The notes beneath the pieces are model-generated. The model had not been told where the DNA came from and searched no databases. It saw only the letters and a program-made list of their open reading frames with translations. A DNA stretch of 64,000 nt from Octopus vulgaris (taxonomy: Eukaryota). Each line of letters opens with the position of its first letter. Position 1 is the first letter of the stretch. Position numbers and translations under genes: made by a program. Location: NCBI GenBank assembly GCA_951406725.2, contig OX597830.1, positions 10,478,001-10,542,000 on the forward strand, written 5' to 3'. Positions 1 through 13,422 of the stretch are shown here, one piece after another.

Positions 1-210
1 GTGTGTGTGTGTGTGTGTGTGGTGTACGCGACTGGGCTAAATATGTTTGTGGAATGCACGATATTGCTCTGTGGCTATAAAGATATAATTATCGATACGG
101 TTATCGATATAGTGATATAAATATAGATGAAAATAGATACATACAGAAGATAAATACGTACTAACCGATACATGAACAGGCGGAGCCGTTATAGATTTTC
201 CTAAATATAT

Positions 211-643
211 TTGTGTGTGCGTGTGCTTATATATATGTATGTATGTGTATATATAAGTATAAGTGTGTGTGTATATAAGTATGTGCGTATATAAGTATGT
301 TTGTGCGTGTATATAAGATTGTTTGTATGTGTGCATATGTGTGTGTGTATAAGTATGTGTGTATGTGTGCATATAAGTGTGTATGTGTGTGCATATAAGT
401 GTGTGTGTATATAACTGTGTATATATGTGTGTGTATAAGTGTGTGTGTATATATATTCGTGCGTGTATATAAGTACATGTGTGTATATGTGTGTATATAA
501 TTATGTGTGGGTGTGTATGTATATGTGTGTATATAAGTATGTGTGGCTGTGTATATATGTATGTGCATACATATGAGTATATGTATGTATATATGTGCAT
601 ATATGCGTATAAATGTATATATGTGCACGTGTATGTGTGCGAG

Positions 644-676
<33 letters not shown>

Positions 677-685
677 ATATATGTA
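211..685. repeat. Degenerate (TG)/(TA) compound microsatellite
   Basis: Direct: alternating purine-pyrimidine runs; the H/T/Y/I and V/C/Y ORFs here are artefacts of it. Confidence 0.95.
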
Positions 686-1185
686 TTATGGCTGGTCAGG
701 CAGACATGCAGATCTATGCATCGACCTAGCGTTGTGTTGTGCCAATATGTTGATGCATCTTGAGCAAGCCAGACAACTACTGTCTTCTCCAGACTTTCTT
801 ACCAACCAACCAACCGACCAACCAGCCAAATATATATCTGCTAAGCGCAGCAGCTCCCACCACAAACCTACATAGTACAAACTGCACACATTACAGATCT
901 ACAATGCGCACACACACACACGCGCGCGCGCGTTACAACTATACGGCCACAGAAACACAATAGACACGCATCGATACGCATGGCGAAGGCACATAGAGAA
1001 ACCATAGCGCATACACGTATCACTTTCCATACGTGATCAGCTCACAGTGTGCCGATACTGCACACATTCTGCACACACAGTTCTCATCTGCAACTTCGGT
1101 ACATATGTACTGGATGTCGGTGCAGCCGATAGATGGCGTATATCGATGTTGTGGATTCAGGCCATCAGAATTAGGAGAAACTTCA

Positions 1186-1216
<31 letters not shown>

Positions 1217-1390
1217 GTTGTTGTTGTTAGTGTTGAAGATAAATAAAACGTTGTTATTGTTATTGCTGTTATATAACATGATGAATAAGCAATTTTTGGA
1301 CATTCATCGATATTGGCCAATAAATATTGACTGATATTTCTTTTTCGTCTAATACGCGTGTGTGAGGGCTCGCGCGCACCATTATTAGAT

Positions 1391-1391
1391 A

Positions 1392-1440
<49 letters not shown>

Positions 1441-1451
1441 GTATATGTATG

Positions 1452-1482
<31 letters not shown>

Positions 1483-1567
1483 GTATATGTATGTGTATAT
1501 ATATATATATATATATACACACATGTATATGTATGTGTATATATATATATATACATGTATATGTATG

Positions 1568-1611
<44 letters not shown>

Positions 1612-1671
1612 TGCATGCATATGTGTAAAATATATATATGCACACACACATGTGTGTGCTTATATATATAT

Positions 1672-1720
<49 letters not shown>

Positions 1721-1742
1721 CATATACACACACATATATATA
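1391..1742. repeat. (TA)n/(TG)n microsatellite with recurring acatgtatatgtatg spacer
   Basis: Direct inspection. Confidence 0.95.
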
Positions 1743-2228
1743 GGAGGGTGTTGGGATTTGATTGGTACAGTTTTTTTATCGACCACTAAAAGATGGTAGG
1801 CAAAACTGATCGCAGCTAAATTTGAACTCGCAATACAAATGACCGCGAGTAATTTCCACCGACACTTTGCGCATCCGCACACACTCATGTGCAGATATAT
1901 TTGTGTGTGTATCAGCGTGCATGTGCAGTGTCGGAGAATGCCTTGTGTTTTTTGGGGTTTTTTTCATTTTTTTGTTTTCAAGGCTCGCCGGAGTCAAGTT
2001 TGTTTGGTTTTTTTCTCTTTTCGACGTCGGTAAAAATAGGTATCAGCCAAAATTGGGTCTCAAAGCTGGGACTTTGGGGAAAAGCAACTAAGCGTTGCAC
2101 TTTACTGAGCTTCACATATATATATACACACATAAGAAGTGAGGACCGAAATCCTTCGAAGGGATGTCAAACATCCAAGTCCGCCTTATACTTAAATTTT
2201 TTTCCTTTCGTTATACTTCATATATATA

Positions 2229-2432
2229 TTCTTGTTTCAGTTATTTCACTGCGGCCATGCTGGAACACCGCCTTTGGTCGAACGATTCGACCCCAGGATT
2301 TATTCTTTATAAGCCTAGTACTTATTCTCTCGGTCTCTTTTGCTGAACCGCTAAGTTACGAGGACGTAAACAAACCAGCAGTGGTTGTCATGCGATGGTC
2401 GGGTGCCAAACACACACGCGCAAAAACATTCA

Positions 2433-2479
<47 letters not shown>

Positions 2480-2612
2480 GACAGGCTTCTTTCAGTTTCC
2501 GTCTACCAAATCCACTCACAAGGCATTGGTCGGCCCGAGGCTATAGAAGAGACCTACCTAATGTATCACGCAGTGGGACTGAACCCGGAACCATGTGGTT
2601 GGGAAGCAAGCT
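2229..2612 (-). mobile_element. tRNA-derived SINE, family A
   Basis: Reverse complement of the 9138-9550 element, with internal (TA)n; 5' head truncated. Confidence 0.85.
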
Positions 2613-2894
2613 TATAATATACACACAAACACACGCACATAGCGAATTGCTGGCAGTGACCTCGAAGTTTAGTCGATGAAACTTGATATACACATTTATT
2701 TAACTGTTACGTATAAGATGTGTGTGTGCAGAGAGAGAAATAGAGAGTGAGATGACAGGCAGACAGACAGATAGTATATAGGAACGGTGAGTAGAGAAGG
2801 ATGATGAGAGGAAAGGTAGGTATGCAGGTAAGTATGTAGGTAGGTAACTACTGAGAATATATATAAGCGCGCGCACGCGTATACAACGCATATA

Positions 2895-3241
2895 TAGATA
2901 GATAGATAGATAGACAGGTAGATAGACAGGTAGATAGATAGACAGGTAGATAGACAGGTTGATAGATAGATAGACAGGTAGGCAGATAGATAGATAGATG
3001 GATGGATAGATGGATAGATAGATAGATAGATAGATATAGATAGATAGATAGATAGGTAGGCAGATAGATAGGTAGGCAGAAAGATAGATAGATAGACAGG
3101 TAGGCAGATAGATAGATAGGCAGGTAGGCAGATAGATAGATAGACAGGTAGGCAGATAGATAGATAGACAGGTAGGCAGATAGATAGATAGATAGATAGA
3201 TAGACAGGTAGACAGGTAGGCAGATAGATAGACAGGTAGGC

Positions 3242-3275
<34 letters not shown>

Positions 3276-3289
3276 GCAGACAGGTAGGC

Positions 3290-3335
<46 letters not shown>

Positions 3336-3385
3336 GCAGGCAGGCAGGCAGGCAGGTAGATAGATAGATAGATAGACAGGTAGGC

Positions 3386-3419
<34 letters not shown>

Positions 3420-3420
3420 G
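2895..3420. repeat. (TAGA)n/(CAGG/TAGG) compound tetranucleotide repeat
   Basis: Direct; explains the LSIY-repeat ORFs at 2696-3461. Confidence 0.97.
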
Positions 3421-3967
3421 CACACACACACTGCAATGTTTGTACTACAATCAAGGTACAAAATTGAGTTGAAATTTCAATTGAACAAAGGGAATTTTAC
3501 AAATGAATTCTGAAGATTTTGTATTCTGCGACTGTGTTTTCGATTAATAAAGGAAGGGAATGTAGAATACTTTCCTGTACTAATGGAAATAGGAAGGAAT
3601 GGTTAGATGAGCTTTCGGCAAGATTTTCAACCATTTTGTTCACATGATTTTATCTGTTAGAAAGTCTCATTACATTAGCAAATGTTACTTTATTACGTTT
3701 TATCTACGGTATTATTCTATATATTGTTAAATTATATTATAGTAGTATATTGTCTTTTGTTTGATGAACGGAATAAATATAATCTTTCGTGTATATATTT
3801 TTAAAACGAAAGGGAATAAAAGATAATAACGTATCTATTCACTGTTAATACGTTTCGGCAGAATTGAACGTAAATATGTTGTTCACTGTTGAATTGCGTC
3901 TTCGGAGAACAACTTCTCCTTTCGGATGGTATATATTCATTGGAGAGAATCTTGAGATACATAGATG

Positions 3968-4350
3968 TAGGCGTGGCTCTGCAGCAAGAAGTTTACATCC
4001 CTATCATATGGTTCCTGGTTCAGTTCCGCTTCGTGGCACCTTGGGCAAATGTCTTCTGCTATAGCCGGCCAAAACCTTGTGGGTGAAGTTGGTAGACGAA
4101 GACGAAAAGAAGTGTGTGATTGGGGGGCGTGTATGGGTCTTTGTGTTTGTCATCTCACTACCGCTTAACAACAGCTGTTGGTGCGTTTATATGCCCGTAA
4201 CTTAGCAGTTCGGCAAAAGAGACCGATAGAATTAGTATGTAGCTTAAAAACAAAACAAATAAATACTGAGGTCAATTCATTCGACTAAAAAATGGTTCAA
4301 GGCAATGCTCCAGCATGACCACAGTCTAATGACTGAAGCAAGTAAAAGAA
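3968..4350 (+). mobile_element. SINE family A, diverged copy
   Basis: ggttcagttccgc B-box-like, ccttgggcaaatgtcttctgctatagc, and 3' gctccagcatgaccacagtctaatgactgaagcaagtaaaag. Confidence 0.8.
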
Positions 4351-4875
4351 GATCAACCGGGTTGTTTCGCTTCAATAAAAGCTGACCTCAGTTTAACAAA
4401 TCTAAACAAGAATCGTGCCTCTCCTTCTTTATAAAATTCAACAGGCAAGTCATTTGTGATGCACGCTGATGTCTCCCAAACCCAACAGTAAATCTTCATG
4501 GCCATAGAAAATATCGAAAACAAATGGCGTACGTATTCATTCTTATTACGCTCCGGCAGAGTTTAACGTGAATACGTGAATCATTGTTCAGCCTCTGCCT
4601 CGTGATGCACTGAAGATTGAATTTAAAATATTGAACGTCGCACTTTCATTTGGCACGTTTGATGAAGAATTTTAGAAGAATACTTAAAGAACACAACTAT
4701 TTGCTTTGTTTTATTTACCGAACACGGGGCTGTGTGGTGAAGAAGCTCGGCTATGCAACTACGCAGTTTTGAGTTCCGTCCCACTGTGCGGCTTGAGAGA
4801 TATTGGTAGACAGACACTGAATGGTAGCCCGACGTGTGTGTGTGTGTATGTGTGTGCGTATATGTATAATATAAA

Positions 4876-5078
4876 TGGCAGAAACGTTAGCATGCTGGGC
4901 GAATTGCTTAGCAGTATTTCGTCTGTCTTTATGTTCTGAGTTCAAATTCCGCCGAGGTCGACTTTGTCTTTCATCCTTTCGGGGTCGATAAATTAAGTAC
5001 CAGTTGCGTACTGGGGTCGATCTAATCGACTGGCACCCTCCCCCAAAATTTCGGGCTTTGTGCCTAGAGTAGAAAAGA
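4876..5078 (+). mobile_element. tRNA-derived SINE, family B (Meta/MESC-like central domain)
   Basis: gagttcaaattcc B box followed by gactttgtctttcatcctttcggggtcgataaattaagtaccag, which resembles the MetaSINE core. Confidence 0.8.
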
Positions 5079-5126
5079 ATGTGTGTGTGTATATGCATAT
5101 GTGTGTATGCATATATGTGTGTGTGC

Positions 5127-5174
<48 letters not shown>

Positions 5175-5415
5175 AATGTGCGCGCACACACAAACACCAT
5201 TTACTAGTTACAATCCTTAAGCTGCGGCTACGCTGGAGCAACGCCTTGAAGACTCTTACTCAAACAAACTGACCTCTGTAGTTTTTCGTTAAGCCTGATA
5301 CTTATTCCATCGTTCTGTTTTACTAAATCGCTAAAGTACGGGACGTAAATACACCAACACCGGTTGTCAAGTGGCTGAGAAGACACAAACATACATATAT
5401 ATGTATGTGTGTGGA

Positions 5416-5447
<32 letters not shown>

Positions 5448-5449
<2 letters not shown>

Positions 5450-6500
5450 TACAAATGCATCCCGGCGTTGCCCGGGTGTTATCACCTACAACCGCATTGT
5501 ATTATTTGTTCCTTTCTTATGGTCAGAATCAGCACAGCTGATATAGAGTGACCTGGATTACTGGCGTTTGTTTAAAAGTGAAGGGGGGATACAATTTGCA
5601 TGGGTTTACAGGAAAGTGCTTTCTGTTCTTAAGGTGGATCCCAAACTATGTATTGTTTCACTGTATAAAAGTGGGGTTAATGCGATTTTGCTCAGAAATC
5701 ACGTTTTCAAAAATTTTATTTCCTCCCGTCCTCACCGCAATTTCTTAATTTGTGACTTTTTTCGAATTTTTTGTCTTTTATTCACGTAGAATAATACAGA
5801 GATTACGAATCTGGGAAATATATTTTTTAAAGTTTAATTTTTCTTAAAGAAACACTCACTGCCCCTTCCCCCACCTCGTCCACCCATCAACTACCTGCTT
5901 TCAAAAAGCTAAAATCTCCCAATGCTTCCCTTTCTTATGTTATTTCACGCATGCGTAGAATTGTATTAATACCAGACCACTACCAAAAACTCGACATGCT
6001 AGAAACAACAGGTAAATGACATTATATCTGAAGAAACTTACCCGCTTTCCAAAGGGCTAAAAGTGAAACACTGGGAGCTTGTAGCTTTTTGAAAGTGGTG
6101 AGGTGATGGGTAGGTGTTTGGGAAGGAGATTTGAGTGTTTTTTTAAGAAAAAAAGAAATTTTTTTTAAATTCGTGCATTGTTTTTTCTCCGTGAATTACC
6201 AAGAAAAAATTGGAGAAAAAAGTAAAACTGAAGAAATTGGGGTGAGGGGGGAGAAAATTAAAATATTGAGAATGTGTTTTGGAGGGTGAAATCTTAATCT
6301 CTTACATCGAAAACAGGTATCGGAAGAAATTTATGAAAAAATAAGTGGGATGCGGAAATGCCACCTTGAAATAACAGGTAAAGGACAGAATTTCTGAGAT
6401 AACGTAGAAAATATGTAAATGAAAATAAAGTTTATTAGCCGAAAGATTACTGAATCTTTTGATACTCCATTCGTCAAAATCAGCGTCTTACCAAATGCAA
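5448..6500 (-). mobile_element. Probable non-autonomous Helitron-like element with internal long inverted repeat
   Basis: actac-aaatgcat-cccggcgttgcccggg resembles a reversed Helitron 3' end (hairpin plus degenerate CTAG). Diverged arms at 5683-5932 and 6061-6293. Far boundary uncertain. Confidence 0.5.
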
Positions 6501-7878
6501 AAGGTATGCACATATACGTACACACATGCACTCGACGAACATCGCACTTTCCGTCAGACAAATTCCCTCAGGCATTGGTCAACATGTGGTTAGGTTAGAA
6601 GACACCCACCGAAGGTGCTGCGCAGCGGGACTGAACCCGAAACCACATGGCTGTAAAGTGAGCTTTACCACACAGCCATACTTGCACCTATACAGAGTAC
6701 TCACGGAAACCCAGAAATGTTTCATGGAACCCTGCTCTTCCTTGGAACTCAGAGAAACACTGCTCTATTGTACCAACCAACCTGGATTTTATTTTATGCA
6801 ATCTCATAATTTCTGTTTTGCCTTTATTACGTTTTCTTATTCAGTTTCCGTGAGTTTTTTTTTTAAGCATGTAAGTTGTATCACATTTGAGCACGACTGT
6901 CAGCAAAATGTTGTCTTCCGTGATGTAGAAGCTTAAATACTTCTAAGAAAGAAATAGTTATCTTCATACAAATAAAAAATAAAAATAAAATGAAGCTGAA
7001 TCTCGATTTTAAATTCAACAGACGAAGACTGACAACTGAGAAATAACAACAGAACAGCCATGTCGTACGGCACTAAAATATGACCGATTATTAAGTTACA
7101 TTCAAAACACGAAGTGATTGACAGGTAACTACCTCAGTTGTAGACATGACTGACGTGATTGGTGGTATTTTAGTTTCAAATTAACATCGGCATGCACCCC
7201 GCTGGTATTTACATATTGACAGTCTGTATACAAATGTTTGTGGTAGTTACATGTTGAGAAAATATACGTGATAGATACATATATAAGATAGATATTGAGA
7301 GTGTGTATAAAAATATGTCTATCGAAATATAGATGAAAGATGGCAGTCTGTTTCGAAACAGATTACTGGAGACAAGAAAGGTCTTTGGCAATATTTCCTC
7401 GTACAATGTCTGGATTGATTCGTTCATGGAGCCAAGAGCTTACTCAAAGTTTCTTCTCAGCTGTCTTTAAGTTTCAAACGAAAGTTATTCAATGTTATCC
7501 AACCAGCAATATTTACCAAACTATTTCGTTGCAGACCTTTGGTGTTTATAGTTCTTTTAATAGTGTCACTTTTATTTGACTTTCGGTTTGAAAGTTTTTG
7601 AGACAAGTAGGGAACAGTGGGCAAGAGCATGGCTTCGTGAGAGAAGAGAACCTCGCCCGTCAGTCACCGTATGAGAAATTCTGCTACTGTTCATTCTTTG
7701 TTTCTTTTGTCAAATCACTAGATTACGGGGACGGAACGCACCAACATCGGATATCAAGCTGTGGGGGAACATAGACACACATGCACACAGTTTAAATTTA
7801 CAGAAAACAAAGACGAAGACAGGTGAGGGAGCAAAACAAGAAGGTGTATTAGTTTGACGCTCGGGAAGAATGGAAAAG

Positions 7879-7916
7879 TCTTTGACATTTCGATCCTACG
7901 CTCTTCGACAGAAAGA
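7879..7916 (-). ncRNA. Minimal hammerhead-like motif, core variant CUGUCGA, in PLE pLTR-like repeat
   Basis: Minus strand: UCUUU-CUGUCGA-A-GAGCguagGAUC-GAAAU-GUC-AAAGA. Stem I is 5 bp, stem II has one mismatch, stem III is minimal. Confidence 0.45.
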
Positions 7917-7995
7917 ATTACGAGAAAAAAAGTAGAGAGAACGAGAAAAAAGAAAAAAAGCGTAGGGATTAAAGGTTTAACATGAACACACACAC

Positions 7996-8034
<39 letters not shown>

Positions 8035-8221
8035 GCACACACACACACATACGCGCACACATTTTTCAGTTTCCGTCTACCAAATCTACCCACAAGGCTT
8101 TGGTCGGCTCGAAGCTATTGTCGACGATACTTGCCCACGGTGCCATGCAGTGGGACTGAACCCGAGATTCATGTGATATGGAAGCATACTTCTTACCACA
8201 CAGCCACGCCTGCACCTATTC

Positions 8222-8282
<61 letters not shown>

Positions 8283-8876
8283 TTGTGAAGCAATCTGCTG
8301 TATCACAGATAAACTCTACACTTAGATCTCTTGATTAATAAATAACACCATAAGCTCACAAGCTAACTTTCTTCCAGCGGACACGAATGGATTTTTAAGC
8401 TTTATTGAATAAAAGAAATTAAAGTCATATTGGATTTTTTCCCCGGAATGTTTATTTATTTCATCAATAATCGTAAGTAAATATTGACATTGTATATATT
8501 ATTTACCATTTCATTGTTTCTGTTTTTTTTTTTTATCGTTAATTATCTTTGGCTGAATGTGTTAAGATTTTTTTGTATTTATTTATTTATCATTTTCTGA
8601 CTTTTCTTTTAGTTTTCTCCATTTAGGCTTATGAAGAGGTCTCATGATTTGTGTGCGTATGTGTTCTTTGTTGTTGTAGTTATTATTGCGGCCATGCTGG
8701 GGCACCGCCGCCAAGGGTTAAATCGATCATATCAATCGCGCTCATTTAAAGATTCATATTTATCTATTCACTATTGTTACTCGATGTTCATTCATGCATG
8801 TAAATCGATGCTGGTTTAAACAAACTACACGCGCGCGCGCACACACACACGCACATATGTATGTGTGTGTGTGTGC

Positions 8877-9122
8877 GGAGGCGCGTGCCTTAGAGGTTGG
8901 GGTGTCAGCATCATGATCGTAGGACTGTGGTTTCGATTCCTGGACCGGGCGACACGTTGTATTCTTGAGCAAAACACTTCATTTCACGTTGCTCTAGTCC
9001 ACTCAGGTGGCAAAAATGAGTAACGCTGCGATGGACTGGCATCCCGTTCAGCTGGGGAACACATATGTCATTGAAACCGGGAAACCGGGCCCATGAACCT
9101 GGCTAGGCTTTAAAAGGGCGCA
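8877..9122 (+). mobile_element. tRNA-derived SINE, family C (CORE/V-like body)
   Basis: A box and B box (tttcgattcc), ttcttgagcaaaacacttcatttcacgttgctc, gctgcgatggactggcatccc; other copies at 27105 and 55073. Confidence 0.85.
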
Positions 9123-9137
9123 AAAAGTATATTATAT

Positions 9138-9550
9138 AGGCACAGGAGTGGCTGTGTGGTAAGTAGCTTTCTTACCAACCACATGGTTTCGGGTTCAGTC
9201 CCACTGCGTGGCATCTTGGGCAAGTGTCTTCTGCTATAGCCTCGGGCCGACCAATGCCTTGTGAGTGGATTTGGTAGACGGAAACTGAGAGAAGCCCGTC
9301 GTATATATGTATATATATATATATATGTATGTGTGTGTTTGTGTGTCTGTGTTTGTACCCCCTAGCATTGCTTGACAACCGATGCTGGTGTGTTTACTTC
9401 CCCGTCACTTAGCGGTTCGGCAAAATAGACCGAAAGAATAAATACTGGGCTTACAAAGAATAAGTCCTGGGGTCGATTTGCTCTACTAAAGGCGGTGCTC
9501 CAGCATGGCCGCAGTCAAATGACTGAAACAAGTAAAAGAGTAAAAGAGTA
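9138..9550 (+). mobile_element. SINE family A, near full length
   Basis: A box tggctgtgtgg, B box ggttcagtccc, central microsatellite, (gagtaaaa)n tail; more than ten copies in the window. Confidence 0.9.
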
Positions 9551-9580
9551 TATATATATATATATATATATATGAAGTTT

Positions 9581-9900
9581 GGAGGCACATAGCTCAGCAG
9601 TTAGAGCATCGGGTTTCCAATCGTGAAGTTGTGAGTTCGATTCACAGACCGGGCTGTGTGTTGTGTTCTTGAGCAAGGCACACTTCTCCAGTTCACTCAG
9701 CTGTAAAAATTACTTGCCGCGTCGCTGGTGCCAAGCAGTATCTGCCTTTGCCTTATCTCTTGGATAACATCGGTAGAATGGAGAGGAGAAGCTGGTATGT
9801 ATGGGTGACTGCTGGTTTTCCATAAGCAACTGTGCCAGGACATGTGCCTCGGAGGGGAGCTTTCTAGCTCCTATCCCCTGGTCATTCATGATCTTAGGGG
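9581..9900 (+). mobile_element. tRNA-derived SINE related to family C (longer body variant)
   Basis: tRNA head (gagttcgattc) plus a body shared with 46410-46740. Confidence 0.75.
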
Positions 9901-10195
9901 GTCTTAATATATAAAGGACAAAGCTCCTTCCAGACCCATAAGGGCCGGTTTCTCGCCAGTCTGTCGCAGGATTACTCAGTTTTGCCTGGTGAGGGGACTG
10001 GATAAACATGAAACGAAGTGTTTCGCTCAAGGGATGCATGGCTTAGTGGTTAAGGTGTTGGATTCCTGATCGTAAGGATATGGTTTCGATTCCTGTGTCG
10101 CGAAATGCATTGTGCTTTATGTATGTATGTATGTATGTATTTATAAAGAATTTAGAATGACAAAGGAATATGAAATTATATCATGGCTTTCATTA

Positions 10196-10272
10196 GCTTA
10201 CAGTTGTTTCTGCTGTAAGATACAAGCACTCATATTTGAGTGTTTGTGTATTACCGTATGCTTCATCGGAGC
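10196..10272 (-). ncRNA. Degenerate type-I hammerhead with long stem II
   Basis: Minus strand: GCU-CcGAUGA-A-long hairpin-GAAAC-aacu-GUA-AGC. U4 is mutated to C. A related decayed copy lies on + near 20870-20935. Confidence 0.5.
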
Positions 10273-10485
10273 ACCAAACTGAAATGCGCATTTCATGTTT
10301 GAAGCTCTAATCTAATGAAGTTCGGTACATTATTTCCCTGTTCGTTTGTCATGTATTTAATTTCTTATTAGACTCTGTAGGCCTCAACCGATGCTTCGTT
10401 CAGAAGCATATCTATATTGGGTCCTTACACCAGGTTATTAGCATTACTATGCCAAAGCGGAGCAATAAAATACATATATTCTGCA

Positions 10486-11760
10486 TCTACTAAATATGGG
10501 GAAAAATCGATGTGTGTTTGTTTGTGGCCTTATTATCTAACTCCTCCTACATCGTTTTATTGATTTTGATGAAACTTGACACGTGAGTAGAACTCATGTC
10601 TGGAAACGTCGTGACATACTTAGATTGTTGAAAAAAAATCGATAATACGGTCCCTGGAAAGGACTTCTATATCTACCTCATATAACTAATTGTTCACCGA
10701 TAAAATAAAATAACAGTGAACTAATTTTCTGAGCTCAATCGATTATATCCGGCTAAAACTGTACATAGATACATGCCTATATTATCAGAGCGTAGCTATC
10801 TTGCTAGAATAATATTCTTAGTTCAATTCTCATAGCACCTGTACAATATTTTTTTAAACACTCAAGGGAAATAACTAATTTTATTATTTATTGATTTTTT
10901 GTGTGTCCTATTTTTAATTTTTGCAGATAATATCACTTTTATACTTTATTTGACACGTGAGTAGAACTCAGGTCTGGAAACCTCGTGACATACTTAGGTT
11001 GTCGAAAAAATCGATAATAGGGTCCTTCCAATGGATCCTTCTATCTACTACATATTACTAATATCTTATTTAAACAACCCAAGGGAAATAACCCATACCA
11101 CCTGCAGTTTTTAGCGAAGTGATCAATATTTGATTCTCACGATCAGCTGGCCTAATTCTGCATTTCACTACTCAGTTTTTAACTGCTAAACATTATTATT
11201 GAACTTCCTTAGTTTGAATCTTAAACATTAAAGGTTTCATTCATACATTTCTATACATACATACTTTTTTGAATGCCCATTCCTCCGATAATTTTACATT
11301 TTTACAGTTACACTTTTTCCATGACAGTAGATAAATTTTTTATTCCGCAACGTATTTGTAGTGGATTCCTGCAGGCATAGCGTGGATTCGATCCTCAGTT
11401 GCCAAATTTCACTTAACACTTCAACAGCGCTTTTCTCGCGGTAAAACAATAGTTTTTTCTGTGAATGACAGCAGTTATACATTTCCCAGATGCATTTACT
11501 AAGCAGAATAATGTCTTTGCCTCTTGCCAACCTCCGACAACCTCTTTTGCCAACCTCCGACCTCTCTCACCAACCTCCGAAAACCTCTCTCGCCAACCTC
11601 TAACAATCTTTCCCTCCTCCAGCTGAAAGTTTCTGTATATTTTCGTGACGGAAAATACACCTTTTGTGGCAGTTATAACGAAACTGCTTTCTTATATCAG
11701 AGTAATAAGGCGTTTCATAGAACATCTTTACCCTCGTGAATTACCGGGTACACCAGCTAG
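10486..11760 (+). mobile_element. Non-autonomous Helitron
   Basis: Starts A|TCTAC and ends ...ttaccgggtacaccagCTAG|T (AT target, no TSD). Internal ~100-bp duplication at 10577-10690 and 10950-11062. Confidence 0.75.
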
Positions 11761-11930
11761 TATGTTCATATATCGAATATATATATATATAATTAATTAA
11801 TAAGGGTGAGAGAATTTGATACTAATTTAATAGTATGTCCATTCAACACCAAGTGGTCCATTCAATCCAAGTGGATTATTATAATATTTTATAATATATT
11901 ATAATATTATTTTATACAAAAATAAATATA

Positions 11931-12076
11931 AGAGAATGGTCACTATGTGGCTCATTCTAGCACTAGAAAATCCTGAGCTAACAATCGTACTGACTTTCAT
12001 GTGAAACATGTATTTTTGTGGTTGAAACCTTTTGGATTTTCTAGTGCTAGAATGAGCCACATAGTGACCATTCTCT
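11931..12076. repeat. Perfect 43-bp inverted repeat next to (TA)n
   Basis: agagaatggtcactatgtggctcattctagcactagaaaatcc (11931-11973) and its reverse complement (12034-12076). Confidence 0.95.
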
Positions 12077-12077
12077 A

Positions 12078-12109
<32 letters not shown>

Positions 12110-12815
12110 CAGCATCTCACTATCAAAGTATAGTACTAGGCCTACAAAGAATACGTCCTAGGGATGATTTCGCCTACTAAAATCCTGCATGGCTGCAGTC
12201 AAATGATTGAAACGTGTAAAAAGAATTTAAAAAATAGCTAATGAACCTCATTAGTTAACAGCTGATTTTGTTACAAGATGCAGTTCTCTCATAGCTAATT
12301 AGTTGTGTATCACCTGCAGCTTATGTTTGAACGCGTTCGATGCGCGACAATTAAACCACATAGGTTTCCGTTCTAATGTTAATCGCCCCAAACTCCCACC
12401 ACCGCTTGTACACAGATGGTTGTCCGTGTCCAACAGTAGACTATGATGTGATACAAAGAGCACAGCAATAATACGAGAAAAGAACTTGGACGTCACTCGG
12501 TCCTCCTTTATTCCATTCGTACAAATTTAGTTGCTGTTTTGTCTCTGACTTGTATTTCTTTTTCGATTGCCTGACGATGTGTTTGCTCCATGTTGGTTGG
12601 CCCAAAGCTCCGTCTACTGCTTGCTTCTATAGTGCGACATCATGTGTTACCGAATATTAAAATATATGTAACAACTGGAATAAAGGAGAACGAACTTATG
12701 ACGATGTACTTTTCTTCTTTACACACACACATGCACTCACACACACACACACACACATATGCACTCACACACACACACACACACACATGCACTCACACAC
12801 ACGCTATATATATTC

Positions 12816-13156
12816 TTTCTTTTGTTTCAGTCATTTGACTGCGGCCATGATGGAGTACCGCTTTTAGTCGAACAATCGACCCCAGGACTTATTCTTTGTA
12901 AGCCTAGTACTTATTCTATCGGTTTCTTTTGCCGAACCGCTAAGTTACGGAGACGTGAACACACCAACATTGGTTCTCAAGTGATGGTGGGTGGGGGACA
13001 AACACACACACATACATGACGAACTTCTTTCCAAACCCACTCACAAGGCTTTGGTCGGCCCGAGGCTATAATAAAAGACACACATGCCCAAGGTGCCACG
13101 TAGTGGGACTGAACCCGGAACCATATGGTTGGTAAGCAAACTACCTACCACACAGC

Positions 13157-13160
<4 letters not shown>
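12816..13160 (-). mobile_element. SINE family A
   Basis: Reverse complement match to 9138-9550. Confidence 0.85.
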
Positions 13161-13192
<32 letters not shown>

Positions 13193-13200
13193 GATGTAGA

Positions 13201-13422
13201 TATGAGAGAGTGCTGAAAAGTTCCTGGTTTAAGAGAATCACAAAAGGCCGAGTTTGATGTCCAACCTGCTGCGTTTTCTTACAGGACAAAGAAAAACCGA
13301 AGGACTGCTGCAATAAGTCTGTGAATCTGAGAGGGGAATATGTTCAATAAAATCATAATTAACTCACCCCACCCTGTATTTTCTTTGAGCAAATGCAAGG
13401 AACTTTTCAGCATCTCCTCGTA
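13201..13422 (+). mobile_element. Mariner-derived MITE
   Basis: TIRs tatgagagagtgctgaaaagttcct and aggaacttttcagcatctcctcgta with TA ends. Internal KSVNLRGEYVQ* resembles the mariner transposase C-terminus. Confidence 0.8.

Noticed and set aside
7128-7137. let-7 seed match (actacctca)
   Set aside because: Only the seed matches; no let-7 mature sequence or hairpin, and no evidence of a 3' UTR. Expected by chance.
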